In this document: positions 14,721-29,150 of the stretch, piece by piece
How positions within the stretch are numbered: the stretch's first letter is position 1
Layout: every line of letters begins with the position of its first letter
Assembly (NCBI RefSeq): GCF_006345805.1
Contig: NC_043003.1
Span: forward strand, 110,794,001 to 110,858,000
Direction: 5' to 3'
Origin: Octopus sinensis
Lineage: Eukaryota
DNA: 64,000 nucleotides
Position numbers and translations under genes: made by a program
The notes under the pieces: generated by a model
Database searches by the model: none
What the model saw: the letters and a program-made list of their open reading frames with translations, nothing else
Told to the model about the DNA's origin: nothing

Positions 14721-15079
14721 AAGCATATTGTGTCTGAGAATATGTTCCACTATACGTTTTGTTTCAGGAAAACAATTATTTTCAATAATTGTATAATTTT
14801 CATAACAAAGAAAATCTTAATTCAATATTAGAATAAGACACTATCAGTATTTTTCTTAATTATATCCGTAAAGATATTTTAATCATATAGAGTACTGGAA
14901 GCTAATATCATGTTTTATTTCTTTTATTTTGTTTGCTTTAGCTGAAAGGGGAATATGGGGTATAAAATCAGATGAATACACTTAACAGATATATTTAAAT
15001 TTTTGTGTCCAAAATATGGAAATCAAAATTGACCTCTTGAAACTTTGAACAAATTTTAACGTTGTTTTCTTATTTTTTT

Positions 15080-16100
15080 CTCTTCACAAACTATTAGATT
15101 ATCGTTGCTCACAATAAGCTTCCATTCCTCCTTGATTACGCTGTTATATTCCATCTGGGTTCGATTTGTTTACCCATGTCATCGTCTCATCGCCTTGGAG
15201 GTCTTCCAGGATTTTCTTCAAATTTCATTGATATCAGTCAATAACTACACATGTTTCCCTATCATATGTGGATATTGAAACGATGTTACAATGCATTCTA
15301 AACGTTCGTGAGTGATCCATTAGGCTAATTTCATTTAGATATCCTCCTTGAATTTCTTAATGCATTCCGGCCCGGTGGAAATTGTGCATTCTGTATTCCA
15401 CTATCACATCGTTCATTCTATTCTGTTCTTGAATTACTGCGGTTTGTATATGATCTTGCAGAGATATTTTTGTCATGGCGGTATCAGTTGCATTCTGTGT
15501 CGTAGTCAGTCAATTGTTTCCGTTAATATCCACAAGGTGAAGATGATTGCATAAATTGCAGCAACGCATTGGCTTCTCTTGCTAATTATGCATTAAAAAA
15601 TCATTGTTAACGGTTAACACCGTGCACTGCTCTACTTGAAACTGTTCTGAAGGATGAGTTTAGAAGGATCAGTTGAGAAACATTTCAAGGCATTATGACA
15701 CAGTTGAATGTAAGTCCGGTGAGATTATAAATAATCTGGTGAGATTATATGAAGTCTGTATGCTGTTCAAACTTTTAAGACCGTATTGATTGCGAAAAAT
15801 CAATAGATATAAAGCAAGGATAGAGGTCAAAGCTACACGTTTTATTATATGGAGGAAGTAGGAATCGAGGTCTCTTCACAGCCATATAAAGTTCGTAGCA
15901 TGGTGGAAATAATCTGCATACCAGCCCCTGTGTATTTAATCTATTACTCTTCATAATACCCAAGACTTTTACGCGAAAATACTGTCAGCTTAAGTGTTCC
16001 GTTACTTTATACCAAAGGGTGTTAATCAGCGTGTAAACAATTGCATAAAAATAAAGCTAATAAAAATGAAATGTCCATGATCTTTGATTGAAACTATACA
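15080..16100 (-). mobile_element. Degraded RTE-clade LINE RT
   Basis: PCFISIDFSQSIRS (FIDFxKAFDS-like) and C-terminal PGRPPRR*DD (GRPxxRWxD-like). Many stops. Confidence 0.55.
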
Positions 16101-17185
16101 ATCCTTACACGACCCGTATAATCCAACTTTTTTTCTAATTCTTCATATAAAAAAAAATTCTGCATAAATGAAATCTATTGGTCAATACATCAATCTCTGA
16201 AAAGGACGTTATTGAACGTCACTTAACTTCAATCAGTAGACAGCATCTAAGAGACCATTATTTAAATAAAACGATGTTCAAATTGAAATCAGTAATTAAG
16301 CTAAGGTTTTGATTTAAATAGAAAAAATGTTGCTACGAACACTTGAACTGGTGATTATCACTTGACGCATTGTTTGAAGACTAATGACAACAAAAAAGTG
16401 GCTAAAATACAATAATTACTGAAAGTCAAATGATACATTTTATGGAACACTGTTCCTATTAAAAATTACAATGGATGATGGTATTGACATCAAATATCCA
16501 TAAAATATTTTATTTGCAAGTGTGCACAATTCGTGTTTGAATATTATATCACAAATGTATCATAATTTAAAGCAAAAATTCTCATAATAATTATATACAT
16601 TTCCATTATTCTTTTAGTTTAGAATAAAATATGAGTAGTAACGCTAAGCAAATAATTTTTAGTTTACAATGACAAAAATAAATAATATTGTGTGATAATT
16701 TGGGGACTGAAATTAAAATAGAAGCAATTGCTGCTTTTCATGTAGTGAATGATCAAGTTCAAACGAATAAGATGCAGTTTTATATATATTACCGATTAAC
16801 ATAGTTTTCTAAACTTTAGCAAATGAAGATCATGATATTGAAAACTTTATAAGTATTTTTCGTTTTCAAATTTCAGATTCGACTACTGGCGCTACGTAGT
16901 AAAGTCGTGATTCTTCCAGTTATGCTGAGACTCTTCTATAAAGATTTGATAGAAATGAACGTTCACTTATACAGACAGTAGCACATTGGCTGTGAAGAGA
17001 GACATACAGAAGCGCACATACATACGCACGCAAAATACACTCACACACATACATACGTATGTACTGGTTTGAGTATCGACTTTTTCTAATCATTCGTCAT
17101 AAATAAAACTAAATGAGAGGAAGTTGCACAAGGTGTGTGTGGTAGACATAAATAGGATCTTTACCAGTTCACTCATTTTTTGCTA

Positions 17186-17406
17186 ACTCTCTTTACTCTT
17201 TTACTTGTTTCAGTAATTTGACTCCGGCCATGGTGGAGCACCGCCTTTAGTCGAGCAAATCGACCCCTGGACTTATTCTTTGTAAGCCCAGTACTTATTC
17301 TATCGGTCTCTTTTGCCGAACCACTAAGTGACGGGGACATAAACACACCAGCATCGGTTGTCAAGCAATGCTAGGGGGGGGGGCAAATACAGACACACAA
17401 ACGCAG

Positions 17407-17442
<36 letters not shown>

Positions 17443-17614
17443 GCATATATACGACAGGCTTCTTTTAGTTTCCGTCTACCAAATCCACTCACAAGGCATT
17501 GGTCGGCCCAGGGCTATAGCAGAAGACACTTGCACAAGATGCCACGCAGTGGGACTGAACCCGGAACCATGTGGTTGGTTAGCAAGCTACTTACTACACA
17601 GCCACTCTTGCGCC
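17186..17614 (-). mobile_element. Full-length young octopus-type SINE
   Basis: Complete head, body and tail (gaaacaagtaaaagag). Nearly identical to the copy at 56640-57052. Confidence 0.9.
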
Positions 17615-19737
17615 TGGTTTATTCTATTTCTTTAGTTCTTCCATAAAAACAGGTAATGCCTTTCTGAGATTAATGCATTTATCTGATTTCTGTCTCCAAC
17701 TCAGTAGAGTTGATTAATTTCTCAAAAGGGTCCAATTATATTTTTGTTAGTTGGAGCTGCAACGTTCAACACAAGACATGTTTTCCTATATTTATTTATT
17801 TTTTATTGTGTATTTTTACCATCCCCCTCCTCCTCCTCCTCATTTTTATTTTGTAGTTGCAAATATATATACACAGTCCCTCCCCACACAGATATATATT
17901 CTGAATAGTAGAAGGGACTGTAACACATGAAGTTCTTAATTCTATGTTATCCGCGTACGCTCTTTTCTTTTAATTCTTTGATACGCAATAAGACAAATTA
18001 CTCATTCATCATAACTTTTGTAACGTTGAGCTAGTGATAGAAATCATTAGGTACTTCTTCCTGAAGTATTGGGGAAGGTAGCTTTGGTAAACGCTGCCGA
18101 AAAAGGCAGTATTTATTACCAGAAACTTATTTTGCTGTTTTCAACCGTCGTCGTGTTCAGTTCACCGATTCTTTTTTCCGAAAGTGATAAATTAAATACT
18201 AGTCATTCATTGAGGTCGATAACTTTCCTAAGGTTGAATAAGATTTCGCTTCAAAATTTGTACATTTTTGTAACAAATTGTTGATTATTTTCGGATATAT
18301 GAATGTCATAGCAACCCTTTCAACTTTATTGCTATAATCAATAATTTTTGTCTGTGCCGTATATTGGATTTTGTATTTTATGTTGAATTGTGCTTTGATA
18401 ATTGTGTAGTCGAAGTTTATTTGTTTTGAGTGGGTTGATTTTAATGATGAGGTTAACGATTTCAATAGAGATAATGATGTTGTTATTGTAGTTGAAGTTG
18501 ATGATGATTAATGTTCTTTGTCATGGTCATGATGATATTTTCGTTATTATATACACTATTACGGAATGTTGAACTGAAAACGGACCAATTCGCCTGCTTG
18601 GTAGCCAAGAAAATAATTTCCTTTTGTTAAGTATTTAAACTCATCCCAAGATATTACTGTCTGCAGGGTTATATTTCTTGTTTTGATTTCCCGTTGTGTT
18701 CCTCTTATTCTTACGAACGTTTGAAAGATTGCGAAAAAATAATGTTTGCTTAAATATTGTTCTATATTTTTATTTACTACAATGACAATAATGAGAATTT
18801 AATGCCCTATCATGAAATATAAAATATAAACATACCTAAAAGTTTGTACGAAATATTCGTGAATGATCTTCTAGAATAATTTCATCTAGTTTTACTCCTT
18901 AAATTTCATAATGCAAACACCTGTCCACTAGATATAAGAGAGCTTTAAGAAGTTAAAAAGTTATCATTTAAGTGAAAAATTGCATTGCACATTGAAATTT
19001 ACAAAAAACATCTTCAAACCTTATTGCTATTGAGTGTCTCACATTCTCCTTAGTAATATAATTAAAATTTTATTCGAAATATTCCACTGGAGATATTGCG
19101 ATTTCTACAATTTCAAGCGTGCTCAACTGAAGCCGCAAAATATTTTCTACTGAGAGATAAAATATCACTCATTAGCTATAACCGTTATCATTAATAAAAA
19201 ATTGTCTTGTTTACAACCACCACTCTCACTGTTACAATTATTTATAATTGTTAAACGTTAAACTGGCTTCCAACTCTACAAAATTCTGAGACGTCAGCCT
19301 GTCTATCCTTCGTCACCCAAGACTTTATTACTCGTGAACTCCATTCTAAACGTATTCTCACTTTTGCATACATCTAAAATCTACTGACCACGCTTTTCTA
19401 ACACACTTTAAATTTGAAGAGATGCATCCACATCATTATAAGTTATGACCGACTACTATCACATAGTGTTTTCGGCCTATTATATGAAAGATGGTCACTG
19501 AATATTAAAAACAACTTTCAAAATAACAAATCAAATAGTGTGAAGAATAAAATCAGACAGAACGAAATTGAAAGCTATTAACGCATAATAATTTCAGCAT
19601 CTATATTAAGATTTCCTTCAGACTAAACACAGCAGGAGTTTAAATCAATTAATGTTTTGCTAAGAGCAATTAAATACATAGCCCCTGACTCTGAGACTAC
19701 ATCATATAGACGTATACGTACGTGTATATATCTATAA

Positions 19738-19787
<50 letters not shown>

Positions 19788-19792
19788 CACAA

Positions 19793-19825
<33 letters not shown>

Positions 19826-19857
19826 AGCTTATGTAGATACAAATGTTTTTATATTAT

Positions 19858-19928
<71 letters not shown>

Positions 19929-21423
19929 TACATATATCATTTTGCACACACTTTTTGGCCTTCTTCAGAGTCCACTACATCTGCTAAATCAAACACTATG
20001 GGTCAGCGATCCTCTGGAGAGATTTATCAACATTCCAAATCAAATGTTTTTTGTGGAATCGATACAACTATATAGTCATTCTTGTTTTCGATTACGCTTC
20101 GATCATGTTTTTGGTTAATCCGCATTGGAACTGCTAGCTGTCTCTCACTAACCAAATATGGGTTGCTAAACTGTAATATATTTTCGCAAATGTTTTATTC
20201 AGATTAGAAGGGTAACTATCCATCCCATTCATTTTCTACCTGGCGGAACATCGAGGCTGTGACATCAGGAGTGATGGATACATCACAACTAGGTTGGTGC
20301 CAAACTATAGCTCAGCACTACAAAAGAACGTCAAGTGAAGAACATTGCTCCAGAATAGAATCGAACTTCTTGTGATCTGGGACCAAGACGTTAACCACTT
20401 GGCCATATAACATTGCTTTGTGTCATTAGAGTCTTATCGAGATTGTCATCAGAAAATCAAAAACAATTATTTATGTCAAATTATTTGGAAGTTCTCTAGG
20501 TAGTAGAGAGGATATGATAGCTCTCTCGGTTGGATACAAACGCAGATTAAACTGACGATAATCATTTCCATCAACACTTAATTCTATGCCGAATAAAGGA
20601 GATTATATCATACGGAAGAAATCAGATATCATAAAATAAGCGAATACAATATTTAAAATTATTTTTCATTCGAAATGGAAAACAGAGAATATCCTTCGTG
20701 ATAGATCTTCTGCAGCAGCGGGGTAAGGATAGAAATATATCATCAAATCGGAAACGCGGCTCGAATGCTTGCATTGAAGCGGTCTCAGCTAAAAACATCG
20801 GCATTCGAGGTGCCAGGTGGTGGTGTTAAATTGGTCATCGGGTTAAGCCTATCACCCAAGTAAGCTATGGAGAGAATTACAGTTGCGAACACGTAGAGCC
20901 CGAAGAAATACTGAAAGGCTTCCGCTCGATCCGCAGCCACATGTTTGGTCCATTTTATTGAAAGAAGGAAAAGCCGTATAATAATAATGATAATGATAAC
21001 AATAATGATAGTGTTCGTGATGGTAATGATGATGATAATAAGAATTAAATGAAGAACATGAAACTACTGCCACCAAAGAAGCAAAACGGATCAAACAGAC
21101 TAAAAATAAGAATGGATTACCAATCATGCAGGGATCGCAAAAGATTGGATTAACTGATACGTCACACGTATTGAGAAGAGTGGTGTCGCAGTGAATTTTC
21201 TTTCCTTTTTGACCTTTATTTTCTTTACTTTTATATTTCATATTTTTTTCCTTTTCTCTCTGACTTTCTTCCTCTTTTTTTCTATCACGGGACTTCGTAA
21301 AGGAACAATCTGGTGTGGTTATTTTAATGACCTTCAAATATATACCATACGTGTCTCTACCCTGGTTGTCAGGAAGGCATTCCCAAGAAAAGGCAACATA
21401 ATTGAAAGAAATTAATGAAAGTG

Positions 21424-21559
<136 letters not shown>

Positions 21560-22359
21560 GGCGGCTGGACGTGACAGAGGATGGACGTATTTTTACGATG
21601 CTCTGAACTGGCAACAGCGAACCCAGCAGGTCAACTGTAGAAAACTGGAAGATCTACTGTTTACTGTAAGTAATTTGAATTACCCTCAAAATAAGTAAAA
21701 AAAAAAAAGAAAAAAAAAAAAACACTTACATATCTACAGCTCATACAAACGTACACCTAACAAGAAAAATTAGAAACATAAATATCTCCAATTCTGTGTG
21801 AACATTTACATTTAGTCGTCTCTCATGACTATAAGAATGTGTAAAATTGCCTTTTAAATTACCTTTTATTGTAACAACACAATTAAATGCACGATAAAAA
21901 GTTATGGAATTAAGCACCTACTACTATATACATACAACTGAATTCAGAAATTTAAAAATATATACATAACATTGAACTCAGAAAGTTATTTAAAAAAAGA
22001 AAAAAAAATCTTCGACGAAAACATCAGATAATATGTGTGAGTGAATATACATATATATACATATACATATGCATGTGGTGAAGAAGAAAAGAGAACGGGA
22101 AAAAAAAAATAAATAAATAAATAAACGTAAACAGGTTTGACCTTTTACTGACCATTAACGTCCTTTGTCTCCACCATCTACCGTAGCTATTTACAGACCC
22201 AAAGAACATGAATTCTTTAACCACCCATTCTCCAACACAATGGAGTGTTGATGGTGGCTGTGGCTACACATAAAACAATGTCATTGAAGATGATGATGGC
22301 GATGGTGATGTTGCTGATGATGGTGATGGTGGTGAAGATGATAGTAATAACAATAATAA

Positions 22360-25300
22360 CTGACAGATCCCGTCTTTTTCCCTTTCTTTTCGTTTCCTTC
22401 TCCGTATTTTATTCTCATTATTTCGAACTAATACAGACACAGTAAGCCTTGAAGAAAGGAAGAGGAGGAAAGGAAAAAAAAAAAAAAAAAATGTCCGGAG
22501 ATAAAACTATCAACAAAAAAAATACAGACGAATATAGATCTGCTAGTCTTAAGAAGCGGCGCTATGAGCAATGCTTACATGTAGTGAACCCTAGACTGAC
22601 AGATCCATCTCCTAATATAAGAATGGATGCTCGTCATGCTTCAAGGTCAACAAATCAAACAATAAACCGCATTGGTCATTGCGCGGATTACAAAAGACCA
22701 CGTACCCGAAAATTGAACCAAATCCTGATTGAAAAATCAGTTACTGGATCAAATCTTCCCAACACACAGGAGCTGGACGAACCCCACAACCGGAATATTC
22801 CAACAGATGGCCATCCATGCTCATCACCAAATCATCAAAAGAAAAAGAAGGAAAAATGGTCTAGGGAAGATAATAAAGAAGTTCTTGAGGCCTTCTACCA
22901 TGCCATATATTTCCCCACAGATAAGTCTAGCACTGTACAAGCATACTTAAACTGGAGACAGAAACACCCTGAAGTAAGACCCTACATAGACAGTAACAAG
23001 CTTGCCAATGTTAGAAGAAACATTATAAAAAAGAAATTACTGACTGAAGTAGAGATTGATCAGGTTAGACAAGCAATATCGGATAAAATGAACGAAGCTG
23101 CAGCTAGAGAAGATAATACAGAGGAAATGATTATAGACCAGCCCAGGGCGGATAAAAACGAAGAGAGGATTGAAAGAGTTAGTATAAGTGATAGGCAAAG
23201 TGAAATACGCCCTGAACCAATCATAAGCACTAAGACAGATGAGCATCAAATAGATAAAGAAAGTCACACAAATATTGACCCAACAGAACTACATGAGCTA
23301 AAAAATCAAATCATGATTGAATGGCTGAAAATTAAAGAAACCAGCATGGATGAGCGTGATACACTTCCTAAAATCCGCAACTCTAACCAAAACATGAAAA
23401 TAATTGGTAAAATCCGGCTTGCACTTAAGGATATAATTTCAGTTAATGATGTTGATATCACAAACCTCAACCACCTATACTATGCATCCGCGAAAATCTC
23501 AACGATCCTATGTGGTGTAAAGATTAGAAAACGGCAACAGTCCCACAAAAAGCCTTCTTGGCAAGAGCGTCTGCAACAACAAATTAAAATATTTAGATCT
23601 GACATTGAATATTTGAAAAACCTTAAGGCTCACAAGATTACCAAACCTACAAAAACCCAAAAATTACTGAAAAAATACAATATGAAAACTATACTTGATA
23701 TTGATGCCACCATAGAAACCATCAAACAAAAGGTATCTGCCAAAGCTGCCCGCATAGCGAGGTATGAAAAGCGTGTTAGATTTTTCAAGGACAACAACAT
23801 GTTCAAAAATAACACCAAGAATTTTTACAGGAAGATAGGAAAAACAGCGTTTACTGCAGGGTCTGTACCATCAAAAGAAGAAGTGCAGAGATTTTGGAAT
23901 AAAATCTGGGCAGAAGAAAAAACACACAACGAAAAGGCCCCCTGGATTGACAGAATATCTACAGAACTGGACCCCTTAGAAGAGCAAAAGTGGGAGGGTG
24001 TCAAGGTAGAAGATATAAGATCTGCTCTCAGGAGGTCAAGCAAATGGAAGTCTCCAGGAAGGATAAAATTCCTAACTTCTGGCTGAATGCCTTCCCAGAG
24101 AGCCATGAACTGCTAACAGAACTGTACAATGATGTTTTGCAACACCCTAGTAGGATGCCTCCTTGGCTAGTTAATGGGTTAACATTCCTGCTTCCAAAAA
24201 GTGAAGAAACAAATGAACCAAAAAACTATAGACCCATAACCTGCTTAACAACTATGTACAAAACACTAACATCTGTCCTGACGGAATATACCTATAGTTT
24301 TTTAACAGACAGCAGCATATTCCCTAATGAACAGAAAGGATGTAAACGTGGATCCTACGGCTGTAAAGACCAACTACTCATCAATAAGATGATCTTAGAA
24401 GATTGTCACAAACGACACAAAAACTTATCAATAGCCTGGATAGACTATAAAAAGGCTTTTGATAGCCTACCACATAGCTGGATTAGGAAATGCCTTGAAA
24501 TGTATAAGATAGCACCAACTCTGCGAAACTTCTTGACTGTAAGTATGAGATCATGGAGAACCACACTAACTCTGAACAGTGACAGTGAATCCCTAAATGC
24601 TGGTGATGTAAAAATTTCGTGTGGCATTTTCCAGGGTGACTCACTGTCACCACTCCTCTTTTGTTTATCCTTAATACCTCTCTCAAAGCTGCTCAATGAT
24701 GCGCAGTACGGGTATAAAATGTTTGATAAAAATATAAATCATCTCGTTTACATGGATGATTTAAAGCTTTTTGCAAAAAATGATCAACAACTCAAGGGCT
24801 TACTAGCGATAGTCAAACAATTCAGTGACGACATCAGAATGCAATTCGGCCTCGATAAATGTGCAAAGGCTACCTTTATCAAAGGAAAAATGACAGAAAC
24901 ATCTAACGTTAACCTTGACCAACAGAATGTCATAAAAGAACTAGACCCAGCGGAGAGCTACAAGTACCTAGGGATAATTGAAGGGAACGGAATAAGGCAT
25001 TCAGAGATGAAGGAAAGGATCAGGAGAGAATGCTATCGAAGAGTGAGAGCAATACTCAAGACAGAGCTGAATGCAAGAAACAGGATCGAAGCAATCAATG
25101 CATTAGCTATACCAGTCGTGACTTACAGTTTCAATATTGTTAACTGGTCAATTACTGAAATATGTCAGCTCGACAGAAAAATAAGGAAACTGTTGACAAT
25201 GCATAGAATGCACCACCCTAAGGCAGATACAGAACGACTCTATCTGCCAAGAAAAGAGGGAGGCCGTGGTCTTTTGCAACTGGCAATAACAATGAAGATT

Positions 25301-26521
25301 GCTACAATTGGCCTAGACACCTACCTGAAAAACTCTGAGGACTGGATGCTAAAACTTGTCTCAAAACATGAAAACAAGGAAGCATCATACTCAGTCACAA
25401 AACAGGCAAAGGAATATCTAAGTGAATTCCGAATACAACCAATTTCGGAATTAGAGATAGATATACAAGAAACAAGCACAGAAAAAGCTAGGCGCATGAA
25501 AACCCGTGCCAAAACTGCGGCCTTAGATATTCTGAATAATAAATGGCAAGAAAAACCTCTCTATGGCAAATACCCAAAGAGAGCGAATAATGCAGATATC
25601 GACAAAGCCCTGACCCATCAATGGCTAATGGCCTCTGGCTTAAAATCTGAAACAGAGGGGTTTATCATAGCAGCTCAAGATCAATGCCTACCAACAAGAA
25701 ACTACCAGGCCAACATATTAAAGATCAGAAGCAGTCCAACGTGTCGTGTATGCAAGCAACAAAATGAAACCATTGACCATGTGGTCTCCAAGTGCAGTCT
25801 TCTAGCGCCTACAGAGTATCTCAACAGGCACGATAGAGCTGCACAATATATTCACTGGGTAATCTGTAAAAACCTGGATTTGCCCCATGAAAAAAACTGG
25901 TGGGAACACAAACCACCCCCAGTGCTTGAAAATGACCACATCTCACTCCTCTGGAACTTCACCATTCAAACTGACAGGAAGATAGATGCAAATAGGCCAG
26001 ACATCATATTGAAAGACTTCAAACAAAGAACATGCCTCCTCATTGATATGACTGTCCCAATCGATATAAACGTATCTGATCAAGACCTACCAAAAACTGA
26101 GCAAATATAAAGATCTTGAAATAGAAATCAGCAAGATGTGGAAGCTGAAGACTAAAACAATACCTGTTGTCATAGGTGCCCTGGGAATGATAGCAAAGGG
26201 GCTGATAGCTACCTAACTCAGATACCAGGAAACCCAAAAATGGCAGAGATTCAAAAGATAGTGCTCATGGGAACTGCTCATATCCTACGCAAAATACTCT
26301 CTATGTAACCTCAAGGTTTAAAACAAACATAATTTCCAGTTTAAAAAAAAAAAAAAAAAATTTTTTTTTTTTAGACATTCATTAGTACAACATCCCCACC
26401 CCCCAAATATATGGCACACTAGGCATAACAACAACATGAACTTCCAACCCTGTTGTCTCTTGAGGTCTCTGGGTGAGACTTGGAGCCAACTTGTACAAAT
26501 ATAAAGCAAAAGTCAAACATA

Positions 26522-26585
<64 letters not shown>
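22360..26585 (+). mobile_element. Full-length R4/Dong-clade RLE non-LTR retrotransposon with (TAA)n tail
   Basis: One long ORF 22491-26308 broken by three 1-nt frameshifts. It has an R4-like N-terminal domain (WSREDNKEVL...NWRQKHP...KLANVRRNII), RT motifs (NYRPITCL, IDYKKAFDS, GIFQGDSLSP, YMDDLK), a CCHC finger (CRVC...HVVSKC), RHD and the RLE motif RPDII..D...LIDMTVP. The 3' UTR ends in about 21 TAA units. The 5' boundary is approximate, placed after the degenerate taataacaataataa. Confidence 0.9.
22491..26308 (+). pseudogene. R4/Dong RT-RLE polyprotein, about 1270 aa when frame-corrected
   Basis: Frames join at about 24062 (SPGR|DKIPNFWL), about 26079 (VS|VKTYQKLSKYKDL) and about 26201 (AKG|ADSYL...HILRKILSM*). 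No in-frame stops within the segments. Confidence 0.85.
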
Positions 26586-26929
26586 TAAGAGAACGACTTC
26601 GTCTATTCATAGATACTATAATATATACGACTTAGGATTTACTCACATTCACACACACACACGTGCGCACGCACACACACACACGCTACTATGCACCACC
26701 CCTCAAAAACCATACAAGAATAAATTCATACTCTAACTACCAATCAAAATAAACAAAATTCCCATGTGCCATAGAAAGCCGATACCCGACAGAGGAAAGC
26801 AACCTACGCTACACATGCGACACACAAGTTTAAAAGTAATACAGCCGAAGACATTAACAAAGCCCTATAACAAAACGTACTGATACCGTACAGTATCCAA
26901 TCCGCCAAAAACTTCGCCACACACCACCC

Positions 26930-28640
26930 CAACAGCGAAGAAACCAGATGGGAACCGAAGAAGGGAAATTTAGGTGACATGCGACAACTAGTTACTAAGT
27001 AACATTTCAGAAGAATCTTGATGCCATCCTCGTAGGACATTACCTTCTTGTTGCTCCCCAAATTCTTACATATCCAAATGAAAGTATTCCAGGTAATCAA
27101 ATCAAGTTCATCCAGTGTCGTCTTGAAGTTAACATTTTTAAGTACTTCTCTAATTTGGGGTCCGACAAAGATACCCATTTTCAACTTGTCCGTGTGATTT
27201 TTGGAAATATACACAAAACGTCTGGCATTTCTGTTCTCTAGTGTCTTTTACAAACTTTCATCAGTCGAAGCTTTATGAATAAAGGAGGCAATAGAACATT
27301 ACATGTATCTACAAGAGGTCTATTCGTGACGATAGATAGTCCTAGCTGGTATAATGTTCTTGTCTGCCAGTTTAATCCCGAATAATGTCTGTCACTTACT
27401 TTAACACGCCATAGACACAAGAAACAGCAGTATTTTCTGAAACCTGACTGCATTCCCATTAACATTCCAATGACTTTTATATCACCACATATTTTCTATG
27501 TGTATCTTTTATAGCCAATGGCATGAAGTAGAAGTTCCATATTCTCATATGATTCATGAAGATGAACGGAGTGTGCAATAGGTATGGAGGGCTTCAAATT
27601 ACCCTTATGGGGAAGTATATCTTTTAAACCTCATTTTGGAGAGTCAATAAACATACGCCACCCTGCAGGATCATGATTTCGTGATAAACATTTGAAAAGT
27701 CCATCGATGTTACTGCAAAAGCATAGCGGGCCTTCAACAGAAAAACACGTTTGTAGAACCACAATTCCCTGCCGAAAATAGGTTATACGAACACCGTACT
27801 CCAGCAGATACTTCCCCTTCAGCGTTGATGCCAACAGTTCTGATTTATCTTTTGAGAAGGATAGGTCTCTGATAAGATCACTCAGTTCAGTGAGGTTATC
27901 AGCCACGAAATCTTACTCAGCAGCACTATCGTGACATCATCATTTGCTGTTTTAATGCCATCATCTGGTGGAACTGGAATTGGCAGACTTCTCTTGTGAG
28001 GCGCAGGTCTCATTACAGAATCCAAATTGGGAAACATAATTTTGCTTCTATTCTTCATAAAAAATCCGGTGACATTTATTAAAAAAAATAATAGTCGTTA
28101 AAACGGTCTTTTGGCTCCCTCCATATCACTGGAGTGGCAAAAGACATAGACTTCTCTTTTATGAACCAGTCACGTAAGCCATATCAGCAAGCTGCTGAGC
28201 AGATAAAATGTGGTGCCCATATCTTGTCCTGATCTCCAAGAGGACAGTCACAGTATAGCTTAAAAACCTTTTTGATCGCTGGTGTTATTGTACTTTTTGA
28301 GCTTTCACAGACATAACAAAACATATCAGGACGATTTCTACAATGTCTTAGCATTGTTAACAATGTAAAACAAGTTAGAAGAGAGATGCAAACGGTTACA
28401 CTTATATTGAATTTGAGATGATTATTATGAATGGACAATTTGAAATGTTGGAATACTTATTTCACCGGACAAAACTTGATCGGTCAATTTAAGATGATGA
28501 AATATTACCTCTGACGTTTCCATGATGTAAATGAAATACACGCATACACGTCATTCATTGGACTTTCAATATGATGCATGAGCTAAAAGAAAAATAACTT
28601 TCTCATCTTGAAAACTGTACGTGAGGTCATAGAACTAACT
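26930..28640 (-). mobile_element. Chapaev-like (CMC superfamily) DNA transposon relic
   Basis: CRN.PDMFCYVC, LGDQDKIWAPH, WREPKD, LIRDLSFSKDKSELLAS, WRMFIDS, CGDIKV, KYCCFLCLW, LLPPL.IKL.LMK, KLKMGIFVGPQIR, CRMS.K. Many frameshifts. The superfamily call rests on recalled motifs. Confidence 0.7.
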
Positions 28641-28740
28641 GTATATTTGAAATTACCATTAAAAGCAACACTAAGTACACCCTGACATGGGCTTGATGAA
28701 AAAATACTTGTTGTAATAATGATAATAACAACAATAACAA

Positions 28741-29150
28741 TCCTTTCTACTAAAAGCACAAGTCCTGAAATTTTGAGGAGGGGGCTAGTGGATTATATAG
28801 ACCCTAGTGCGTAGCTGGTACTTATTTCATCTACTACGAAAAAAGTGACAGGCAAAGTTTACCTCAGCAGAATCTAATCTCAGAATGTAAAAAAGGATGA
28901 AATGCCTCTAAGCATAGTGACCGGCGTGCTAAGGATTCTGTCGGCTAATACTAATGATAATGGATTTCAATTTTGACCAGCAACGTTTGAGAAGAGAGGC
29001 AAGTCGATTGTATCAATATATGTATTTGATACTTTATTTTATCGAACATGTAAGGATGGGAGGCAATGTTGATCTCGGCTGGATTTGAGTTCGGGACTTA
29101 AAAAAAAAACTGCTGATCTTTTCGTCCGACGAAAACGGTTTTGCCAGTCA
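28741..29150 (+). mobile_element. Two tandem degraded short interspersed repeats (SINE 3' body type)
   Basis: aaattttg...ggggctagtggatta..gacc...ctggtacttattt...aaagt.gacctc.gc.gaat.tgaactcag occurs twice, with related copies at 34140-34372 (-) and 61320-61505 (+). Confidence 0.6.

Noticed and set aside
18060-18420. Penelope-like N-terminal fragment
   Set aside because: Only a weak VFNLS resemblance, with no second supporting motif.
19456-19506. Minus-strand GTGACCA...GGCC-GAAA as another G3-C8 hammerhead
   Set aside because: The core resembles the 62251 variant, but stem II and the cleavage triplet do not form. Too decayed to call.
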